Assembly (NCBI GenBank): GCA_002269645.1
Contig: NIVC01000202.1
Location: forward strand, 1-64,000
DNA: 64,000 nt
Direction: 5' to 3'
From: Macrostomum lignano
Taxonomy: Eukaryota
A model generated the notes under the pieces. That model was not told the DNA's origin and did no database searches. It saw nothing but the letters and a program-made list of their open reading frames with translations. Within the stretch, counting starts at the first letter, position 1. Every line of letters starts with the position of its first letter. Positions 55,801 to 64,000 of this stretch are shown here, piece by piece. A program made the position numbers and the translations under genes.

Positions 55801-57393
55801 TTTTCAAAATTCTCTCATTTTCTTCAAGTCACTTGTCTCCGAAAATGACGATCATCTTTCATGAATTTGCCTTAACCTCAACCTTTCATGAATTTACGCT
55901 TATCTATCTCTCCCCTCATCGATCCTCCCTCCTGCTTCTCACCTGAGAATAGGGCGTGAACACACAGTTGTAGGAGAGCAGCTGGCACTGGTCCGCCAGT
56001 ACCGTATTCTTGTCCACCTCAATCAGCGCGTTGGTGTGTGTCACGAACGGGAACTGGATTCCATCGCCGTCGTTCAGCATTCGAAAGGTGCCAAAGGCAA
56101 GCGGCTGGCAGCAGGACTCGAGGGTGCAGGCGTCCTCGAACTGGGCAACGAAACTCGACCTGCTGCAGCCCTGGACAAGACCCAGGGTCCAGTCAGCCGT
56201 GGCCAGACTCCTGCGGGAGAGGGGAAGAGAGTTTGTCAGTCAGGAAACTTTACGATTCATTCCTGACCTCTCCCTGCCCCATCCCTTCCTGACCCATCCC
56301 TCCCTGACCCATCCCTCCTGACCCATCTCTCCCCGACCCATCCCTCCCCGACCCATCCCTCCCTTACCCTGACCCATCCCTCCCTTACCCATCCCTCCTG
56401 ACCCATCTCTCCCCGACCCATCCCTCCCCGACCCATCCCTCCCTTACCCTGACCCATCCCTCCCTTACCCTGACCCATCCCTCCCTTACCCTGACCCTGA
56501 CCCATCCCTCCCTTACCCTGACCCATCCCTCCCTTACCCTGACCCATCCCTCCCTTACCCTGACCCATCCCTCCCTTACCCTGACCCATCCCTCCCTTAC
56601 CCTGACCCATCCCTCCCTGACCCATCCCTCCCTGACCCATCCCTCCCTGACCCATCCCTCCCTGACCCATCCCTCCCTGACCCATCCCTCCCTGACCCAT
56701 CCCTCCCTGACCCTGACCCATCCCTGACCCATCCCTCCCCGACCCATCCCTCCCTGACCCATCCCTCCCTGACCCATCCCTCCCTGACCCATCCCTCCCT
56801 GACCCATCCCTCCCTGACCCTGACCCATCCCTGACCCATCCCTCCCTGACCCATTCCTCCCTGACCCATCCCTCCCTGACCCATCCCTCCCCGACCCATC
56901 CCTCCCTGACCATCCTTCCCTGACCCATCCCACCTGACCCATCCCTCCCTGACTCATCCCACCCTGACCCATTCCTCCCTGACCCATCCCTCCCTGACTC
57001 CTCCCTGACCCATCTGACACTCAGCCATTCGCCGCACTTATCCAGCTGCAGCAGAACCTCGCAGATGAACGGCTGGCTGCGGAAGCGCACCAGGCCACCG
57101 ATCTCCTCAACAGACTGCAGGCAGGTGTTCTGCCGGTAGCCCAGATTGACAGCTCGAAGCGACAGACAATCGATGCCAAACTCGCGCAATTTCTTTTCCT
57201 CGGCGCTGCTGTCGCTGAAACTGACGCTGCCGCCCTGAGATGCCGACGAAGAGGCGGCAGACTGCGTGCTGGTGCGGCGCCAGCCCTCCTGCTGGCCGTC
57301 GGCGAGGCGCTGGTCAGCTGACCGGTTGGATGAAGAGTCGCTGCTATGCGACAGCTCGAGATCGTCGAATCTGGAGAATTTCAATCGTTCCAT
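52886..57393 (-). CDS. FAM78: FAM78-like protein
   Basis: Exons 57393-57038, 56210-55943, 54749-54549 and 53278-52886, phase-compatible. Motifs VRFRSQPF, ADWTLGLVQGC, NDGDGIQFPF, LTRVSFRHSCTTWLVAV, LMTMRWD and SVLLGPALVDTQ...QPPK parallel FAM78A/B (YRTPYF, WVVGWIQAC, SDSDGVSYPW, LTRIKRDQSFTTWLVAM, QTIKWR). Divergent; family assignment by recall. Confidence 0.72.
53305..54520. repeat. ~31-32-bp minisatellite (gatattggagctggatgatgaagggttgcagg) filling FAM78-like intron 3
   Basis: Directly visible. Confidence 0.95.
54845..55810. repeat. 18-bp minisatellite (ttctcccatctccttcaa) filling FAM78-like intron 2
   Basis: Directly visible; source of the 321-aa MGELKE ORF. Confidence 0.95.
56270..57012. 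repeat. 15/21-bp minisatellite (gacccatccctccct) filling FAM78-like intron 1
   Basis: Directly visible; G-run rich on the transcribed strand. Confidence 0.95.
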
Positions 57394-58241
57394 AGCGACT
57401 GTTTGGGCTGGGGAGGCGGCAAGTTGGAGTTGGATCGATAGCTTGAATTATTTGGTTGACTTCAGTAGAGATTCAAATTTATAGAATATAAATTTGTTTG
57501 CCATAGACTATTTTCTACCTATCGTTGAAGGCAGAGCAGCTTAGCGGTGAAACGCATGGGTAAAACGCGTCTGACACGCGCGCTTGACTTTTAAAAAGTA
57601 TCTACGAGCGTATTGTGTACTCGTATATCGTTTGAATTGGGGGGGGGGATAGCGCTGGGGTGCCTGTGGAGACGCACGCACTGAGGAACCCCAATCAAGC
57701 ATGTCTGTAGCTTCCTCAATCGCAGAATTCTGAGCGGATGCCACTTGCGCCACATATATATCCCATAGCGACGCAGAGTAGCACAGACAAAAAGAGATCT
57801 TTGTCTGTAGCTAGATTTTGCGCGGACGCGTTCGCAGAACAACCGAGAGGGGAAAGTCATGGCGCTAGAAGCATATGGAAGGAGGGGATGGAAGGGATTA
57901 CATGTATATCTCAAAAACATGGAATGAAAGCTGCTGACCCTCCCCGGCCTCAGGCATTTGCGATGGTCCGCCAATTTTCAGTGAAGAAAATTTCCTATTC
58001 AGTCAGTTTCTAAACTAGAAGAAATTTGAATTTGCTTGCCAGTCTCGCTCAAGGACAACAGTGTTAACTGAGACCACGAATGACAGCAAGTTGGAATGCA
58101 TGAGACAGGTTCACCTCCTTTGGTAGCAGCCAATCGCTTCACGGGAGCAGTGACAAAAGGCCTGTATCAACTTCTGCATTCATGTATTGGAGCAATGAGC
58201 AAGCCCACGATCCATTCAAAGAGCAAAACAACCTCGCAACA

Positions 58242-59186
58242 ATGTCACGGCTCTGCGTCATTCTTCTGTTGACCTTCGTGGTTACAGCCGTCTCCGCCGG
58301 CTGCAGGACGAAGTGGTGCAAACTCGGCGACCGCTGCCTCAACGAGACCGTCGCTCAAGGCTGCTGGAAGGCGCCCAGTGTGGCGCCCTGCATGATGAAG
58401 GCGGGCGCCAGTCCCGGAGACCTGGTTGCGCAGTGGAATGAGCGCACCGCTGCGTGCTGCCTCTTCCGCTACCAGACGGTGTGCCGGCACATTCAGGCCC
58501 GCAACGCGACCGAGTCTCCGAGCGACAGCCGGTGCAGCGTGTACCGCTTCTCGTCTCTGTCGAACTGCTCCGAGTCGGTCGGTGCGCACTTTGTGGCTGT
58601 GTGGCTGGCAGGAGGCGGCAGCCGGTTCGACAACCTCGTGTGCCAGGCCGAGCCCGGCAACTACCGGCTGCACAGCGAGAACGTGGACTGGACTGAGGAC
58701 GGAGCCAAGTTCGACGGGGCGTCTTCGTACGCGGCGACCGAGGATGTGGGAAACGTAGTGAACGGGGGCTCCTTCACCTGGCTGCTGCGGCTGAAGAGGC
58801 AGCCGAGAGTCCAGCCGTTCATGGAGGCCGGCCAGTGTGATAATCTGGCTGGATGGGGTCCGCATTTGTGGGAATTCGACAATCCAGGACTGCTGTACTA
58901 CAGTGTTCCAGAAGCACTTGTAACTTCCAATGTGCTTCCGATGAATGCGGAAAGTTGGATCGACATTGGAGTGAGCCGGTCTGAAAGGAACTGCAATCTC
59001 TACTTCAATGGCTCCTTTGTCGTGACGAAGTACTCGAACCGAATGTCGCCCAGGCCCTGCTACGTGATTCAAGTTGGTCGCCGGCACTACGGAAGCTTCC
59101 TCAAAGCCACCGTCAAGGCCGTAGCCATCGCCAATGCCTCCATGACAGAGCGAGAAATTTCCCAGTTCTTCGCATCTCTCCCTTGA
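58242..59186 (+). CDS. Secreted protein: signal peptide, Cys-rich N-terminal domain, LamG/concanavalin-A-like (pentraxin-like) C-terminal domain
   Basis: Intronless ORF. MSRLCVILLLTFVVTAVSAG signal peptide at 58242; many Cys in the N-half; GAKFDGASSY, FTWLLRLK, WIDIGVSR...LYFNG and IQVGRR...AVAIANASMTEREISQF match the Laminin_G_3 pattern. Confidence 0.75.
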   Translation: MSRLCVILLLTFVVTAVSAGCRTKWCKLGDRCLNETVAQGCWKAPSVAPCMMKAGASPGDLVAQWNERTAACCLFRYQTVCRHIQARNATESPSDSRCSVYRFSSLSNCSESVGAHFVAVWLAGGGSRFDNLVCQAEPGNYRLHSENVDWTEDGAKFDGASSYAATEDVGNVVNGGSFTWLLRLKRQPRVQPFMEAGQCDNLAGWGPHLWEFDNPGLLYYSVPEALVTSNVLPMNAESWIDIGVSRSERNCNLYFNGSFVVTKYSNRMSPRPCYVIQVGRRHYGSFLKATVKAVAIANASMTEREISQFFASLP

Positions 59187-59479
59187 AGTGTCAAATTTCG
59201 GTTTTACCGTCCTGAGAACTGCTTTTTGTTTCAATGTTACTCGAGTGGGCTTGTTAATAATATGCTGCAGCGCCTCATTGTATGCACACTGGGTTGAACA
59301 CCTGTGCTGCAGGTGATGTATCAGCAGAAGCTTTGCGAAAATGGCCTTACTGAAATTCCCACGGGCTAACATAAGTATTCCACTCACGCGATGTCGCATA
59401 CACTGGAAAATGAAAAGAAACTGCTAGCTTACAGCTGCCTGCATGGAGAGAATCGTTAAAGGGGCTCAATTTTTCTCAA

Positions 59480-60803
59480 TGGGGGGCTCAGCACTCACTA
59501 AAGTGCTTTGGGAAGGGGGGGTAAGCACTCACTGAAGTGCCTTGGGGGGGGTGGGCTCAGCACTCACTGAAGTGCCTTGGGCGTGGTGGGGGGCGCAGCA
59601 CTCACTGAAGTGCATTGGGGGGGTTAGCACTCACTGAAGTGCCTTGGGGGGGGGCTCAGCACTCACTGAAGTGCCTGGGGGGGCTCAGCACTCACTGAAG
59701 TGCCTGGGGGGGGGCTCAGCACTCACTGAAGTGCATTGGGCGGGGGGGGCTCAGCACTCACTGAAGTGCCTTGGGGGGGGTGGGCTCAGCACTCACTGAA
59801 GTGCATTAGGCGGGTGGGGGCTCAGCACTCACTGAAGTGCATTAGGCGGGTGGGGGCTCAGCACTCACTGAAGTGCATTGGGCGGGTGGGGCTCAGCACT
59901 CACTGAAGTGCATTGGGCGGGGGGGGGCTCAGCACTCACTGAAGTGCATTGGGCGGGGGGGGGGGCTCAGCACTCACTGAAGTGCATTGGGGGGGGGGTT
60001 CAGCACTCACTGAAGTGCCTGGGGGGGGGCTCAGCACTCACTGAAGTGCCTGGGGGGTGGGCTCAGCACTCACTGAAGTGCCTTGGGCGTGGTGGGGGGC
60101 GCAGCACTCACTGAAGTGCATTGGGGGGGTTAGCACTCACTGAAGTGCCTTGGGGGGGGCTCAGCACTCACTGAAGTGCCTGGGGGGCTCAGCACTCACT
60201 GAAGTGCCTGGGGGGGGGCTCAGCACTCACTGAAGTGCATTGGGCGGGTGGGGGCTCAGCACTCACTGAAGTGCATTAGGCGGGTGGGGGCTCAGCACTC
60301 ACTGAAGTGCATTGGGCGGGTGGGGGCTCAGCACTCACTGAAGTGCATTGGGCGGGTGGGGGCTCAGCACTCACTGAAGTGCATTGGGCGGGGGGGGCTC
60401 AGCACTCACTGAAGTGCATTGGGGGGGGGTTCAGCACTCACTGAAGTGCCTGGGGGGGGGCTCAGCACTCACTGAAGTGCCTGGGGAGGTGGGCTCAGCA
60501 CTCACTGAAGTGCCTTGGGGGGGGGCTCAGCACTCACTGAAGTGCATTGGGCGGGGGGGCTCAGCACTCACTGAAGTGCATTGGGGGGGGGGCTCAGCAC
60601 TCACTAAAGTGCATTGGGGGGGGCTCAGCACTCACTAAAGTGCATTGGGGGGGGCTCAGCACTCACTGAAGTGCCTGGGGGGGGGGGCTCAGCACTCACT
60701 GAAGTGCCTGGGGGGGGGGGCTCAGCACTCACTGAAGTGCCTTGGGGGGGGGTCAGCACTCACTGAAGTGCCTGGGGGGGGGGTCAGCACTCACTGAAGT
60801 GCC
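59480..60803. repeat. ~30-36-bp minisatellite: constant ctcagcactcactgaagtgc core plus variable G-run linker
   Basis: About 40 units with an invariant hairpin-capable core and variable-length G tracts. Confidence 0.95.
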
Positions 60804-61118
60804 CCAAAGAAATTTAAAAGCAGAACTTTTCTGATTCTCGGATTCAAAAGCATTTTTAATTTTGAGTTCAATCAAAAATGTATTTTAATGAAATAAGAGC
60901 CAATAGAAGCCAGGCTTGATTACAGAAGAGCATGAAGGTGAACTTGTAGAATAAATAGTGAATTATCGGGGTAAACAGTTTGACTAAATTCCCATCACCT
61001 CACTGAAAAAGGCAAAAGGAAGGGAGAACAGAATTCAAGGCAATAAGTTGAGTAAAGGCAACTACACTATTAATATTTTTATCAATAGTTTGCCAATGCT
61101 ACTACTGAGAGTGCAGCA

Positions 61119-63830
61119 CTAGTAGTGCGGTACAAAAGCCGCTGATACAGCCGTTAAATCAGCAGGCTCTGATGAGGCTGTACAGTTTCCTTCCTCATCA
61201 TCGGAATCTCCATCAGCAGCGGCATCAGCACCGCTATCATTCACTTCAGCTTCGTCTGAGGCTTCCGTCGGTGCGGCGGAGGCGGCGGCGACGGCAGCTG
61301 CGGCGGCGGCGGCGGCGGCTGCGGAGGCCGCGTGAGCAGCCGCGTGTTCGGCCAGCAGCTTGGGATCGGCGGAGCGGAACTCCGGGCACAGGGTGCAGTG
61401 CGCGTGCGGGCAGCCGAACGGGCAGCTGGCGACGCCGCAGGAGCTGGGGAATCGCTCGAAATGATCGACAAGAATCCCCATCGGCCAAGAGGCTGCGGCA
61501 GCGGCTGCCATTGCGGCTGCGGCTGCTGCGGCTGCGGCAGCGGCGGAGTCCGGAGCTCGACCCCCGGGCGTGGCGGCCGGTCGGCCAACGCAGCTGTGGC
61601 TGCGCAGCTGCTGGGCGTCGGCGAAGGCGCCGTCGCAGTCGGGATGCGAGCAGTGCGCGTGGGTCCGCTCGGACAGCGGACAGGCCGGCCGGCCGCACGG
61701 ACAGTCGGCCGAGTAGAGCAGCGGCTGGCTGGGGTACTGCAGCAGCGGCGGCAGCGGCGGTGGCGGTGGTGGCAGTACCGGCAGCGAGGCGTTGGCGGCC
61801 TCGTGCTTGGCCAGGTGGGCGGCCATGGTGGTCGGCCGGACGAAGACGTAGCCGCAGCGCGGCCTGACGCAGTGAAAATGGCCGGCGGAGCCGCTGCGCT
61901 GGCAACCCGGCCAGCGGCAGGCGACCCGGGGTGAGAAATACTCGAAGCCTGGCGGAAGCTCGCCCAGTTGGCCGTGGAAGCTTCGCCGGTGCTCGTTAAG
62001 CTCGGCCAAGCTGTCCGAGGCCCAGTTGCAGCGTGGCCGGACGCAGTGGAAGTGCTCAACGACGTTAGGCGAGTCGGCGAAGGGGCAGCCGCTGTCCCCC
62101 TGCCCGCAGGCCTCCGGACTGTCGGCAGCGCCAGCCATGCGGAATCCGCAGACGGGCCGGCCGCCGCTGCCGGCCGCCAGAAAGTGCTCCCGCCGGAGCA
62201 GCGCCAGAGAGCCGTCGTCAAACAGAGCCTCGGGACTCGCTTCCAGCTGCGGCGGCTGAGGCTGAGTGGCAATCGAGACGCTTGACGACGTCGTTAACGA
62301 TGCCGACTTCGGCGGTCGGCCGCGCCGCCGCTGCTGCCATTCGAGCCTCGGCGCCGCCGCCGCAGCCTGCTGCTGATCAGCCTTAGAAGTCGGCGGGATC
62401 GGCGGCGGCAGCTGGACGGCCTCATGACAGCGGACATGGTTCAGGCAGGCCAGCGGAGGGGCTGCCGCTTGTTCCGCCTCGCCGTCAGCGGAAGGCCGGG
62501 CCAGGCAGTAGCGGCAGTGCAGGTGGACCGAGCCGGAGTCTGAGCAGTGCGGACAGGCCTCTTCTGGCTGGTGCCGGTAGAACAGGGCGGCAGCGAACTC
62601 GCCGTCCAGAAAGTGCAACCTGGCGTGGTCCCTGGCGCGCTCCTTGGACCGGAAGGTAGCGGGGCACAGCAGGCAGTGCTGGTGGTCCTTGAACAGCAGT
62701 TCGCACCTGGCCTGGCACGGATCGTTTGCTGTGAATCTTTTGCAGTGGCCGAGTAGCAGCTGGTCTTTGTCGGCCGCCTCCAGCTTGGCCCGGACCGCCG
62801 CTCGGCTGGCCTCCAGCTCCGCCAGGGTGGCCCGGTCGGCCACGATTGCGTACCGGCTGTCATCTCCGCTGACATCGTCATCCTCTTGATGCTCCTCGAC
62901 AGCCGCGTCCTGCGCATTGTTAAAGTCGGCTGCCGACGAGCCCGAAGCTGCCGCAGCCGCTGCCGATCCGGAATCATCCCGGCCGCGCCGCTCGTGCTTG
63001 CGGCAGTGGGAGAGGATCTGGCTGGACGAATGCACAACAAAGTCGCAGCCCTCCCGGATGCAGTGGATGTGGTTCATCAGCCGGGAGAATTTGCAGTCGG
63101 CAAATTCGCAAGTTTCGTACTTCATGTACTTTCGAAAGCCGTCCCTGGCGAACTGATCGTTGCGGGCGTGGTGACCCCTGTGCTTCTCCATGTCCGTCTT
63201 GTTCTTGAAGGTGAAGGAGCAGTTGGGCCGTAGGCAGTGGAAGTGGGTGGTTCTCTCCTTCTGGTACTGGCAGGTCGAGTCCGGGCACTCCTCAGTAGCG
63301 CGGAACCGCTGAAAACCCTGGCGAATAATTGCCGCATCTTTGCGGTGATAATTGGCGTGGATCTGCACATCAGAGGTGCTGATGTACACCTTGGCGCAGC
63401 CCCGGTGGGCGCAGTGGTAGTGCGTCTGGCGGCCGTTGAAGCTGCAGGTGGAGCTGCCGCACTGGTCAGCTGGGGAGTAGCGCAGAAAGCCCAAGGCCAG
63501 CGACTCCGCCCGCTTCTTGTGCCATTTCACGTGCCGGATCATCTCCTCGCGCCGGCCGAGTGGCCGTCGACAGTCGCCGCAGTGGTAGTGCTCGCGGACG
63601 CAGGCGCTGCGGCAGCCCGGATCGCCGCAGTTCTCGAAGCCCAAGTAGCGTCGGATGTAGGACTCCGGCCGCTGCGGCGGCGGCGGCAGCAGCTGCGGCA
63701 GCAGAGGCTGCGGCTGTTGATGAGGCTGCGGCTCATTGGTAGAGGCTTCTGCGGCTTCCAGAGTCTGCGCCAGTTTGCCTGCGCGTAGATCGGTTGGATT
63801 TGGAGCTGCACTGAGGTGCTTATGATAAGT
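61119..63830 (-). CDS. CASZ1: Castor/CASZ1 zinc-finger transcription factor, terminal exon (upstream exons outside the window)
   Basis: Acceptor ttgcag at 63831-63836. Castor-type C2H2-C2H2 repeats: EHYHC..C...EEMIRHVKWHKKR, GFLRYS, KVYISTSDVQIHANYHRKD, GFQRFRATEEC, HFHC...FTFKNKTDMEKH and HIHCIREGCDFVVHSSSQILSHCRKHERR. Confidence 0.92.
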   Translation of the reverse strand, partial: TYHKHLSAAPNPTDLRAGKLAQTLEAAEASTNEPQPHQQPQPLLPQLLPPPPQRPESYIRRYLGFENCGDPGCRSACVREHYHCGDCRRPLGRREEMIRHVKWHKKRAESLALGFLRYSPADQCGSSTCSFNGRQTHYHCAHRGCAKVYISTSDVQIHANYHRKDAAIIRQGFQRFRATEECPDSTCQYQKERTTHFHCLRPNCSFTFKNKTDMEKHRGHHARNDQFARDGFRKYMKYETCEFADCKFSRLMNHIHCIREGCDFVVHSSSQILSHCRKHERRGRDDSGSAAAAAASGSSAADFNNAQDAAVEEHQEDDDVSGDDSRYAIVADRATLAELEASRAAVRAKLEAADKDQLLLGHCKRFTANDPCQARCELLFKDHQHCLLCPATFRSKERARDHARLHFLDGEFAAALFYRHQPEEACPHCSDSGSVHLHCRYCLARPSADGEAEQAAAPPLACLNHVRCHEAVQLPPPIPPTSKADQQQAAAAAPRLEWQQRRRGRPPKSASLTTSSSVSIATQPQPPQLEASPEALFDDGSLALLRREHFLAAGSGGRPVCGFRMAGAADSPEACGQGDSGCPFADSPNVVEHFHCVRPRCNWASDSLAELNEHRRSFHGQLGELPPGFEYFSPRVACRWPGCQRSGSAGHFHCVRPRCGYVFVRPTTMAAHLAKHEAANASLPVLPPPPPPLPPLLQYPSQPLLYSADCPCGRPACPLSERTHAHCSHPDCDGAFADAQQLRSHSCVGRPAATPGGRAPDSAAAAAAAAAAAMAAAAAASWPMGILVDHFERFPSSCGVASCPFGCPHAHCTLCPEFRSADPKLLAEHAAAHAASAAAAAAAAAAVAAASAAPTEASDEAEVNDSGADAAADGDSDDEEGNCTASSEPADLTAVSAAFVPHY

Positions 63831-64000
63831 CTGCAATTACTGTATCTCACAAATTCAATCATACTACTGTCAGTACTGAGTAGCATTTTTCATAGCCATG
63901 GACACTTTAGGAAGGTTTGGGGTTAAGCGAATTTGTTTGTTGTTTACTGATGAAGACTAGGGGCTATTGGGTGGAGACTGCGGTTTACTCAGGGGAAGAC

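Noticed and set aside
54834-55848. 321-aa MGELKE-repeat protein and 290-aa NSPISF ORF
   Set aside because: They lie entirely within FAM78-like intron 2; the 18-bp unit is a multiple of 3, so open frames are expected.
59480-60803. CRISPR array
   Set aside because: Eukaryotic context, no cas genes, and the 'spacers' are short G-runs rather than unique sequences.

Overview
Eukaryotic, intron-containing and very repeat-rich genomic DNA. GC-rich poly-Ala coding exons and huge simple-repeat arrays suggest a free-living flatworm such as Macrostomum, but that is inference only. Seven host genes are supported, all assigned by motif recognition without a database search: a divergent Vav-like RhoGEF (-), a Ca2+-insensitive tandem-C2 synaptotagmin-like gene (-), GIGYF (-), CCDC96/CFAP184 (+), a FAM78-like gene (-), a secreted Cys-rich/LamG-fold protein (+) and the last exon of a Castor/CASZ1 zinc-finger gene (-). 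Mobile DNA comprises an R1/LOA-type non-LTR retrotransposon (APE-RT-RNaseH-CCHC), a dead DD37D maT transposon, hAT-type MITEs and two tRNA-derived SINE families. The most striking observation is that the non-LTR element (19599-23974) is flanked by an apparently perfect ~900-bp direct duplication of host DNA (18699-19598 = 23975-24874), far longer than a normal target-site duplication. Other highlights are a strongly CpG-depleted transposon among CpG-rich neighbours, a 2-kb 21-bp array open on both strands, and introns that each carry their own private minisatellite. There is no CRISPR array, rRNA or genuine tRNA gene.
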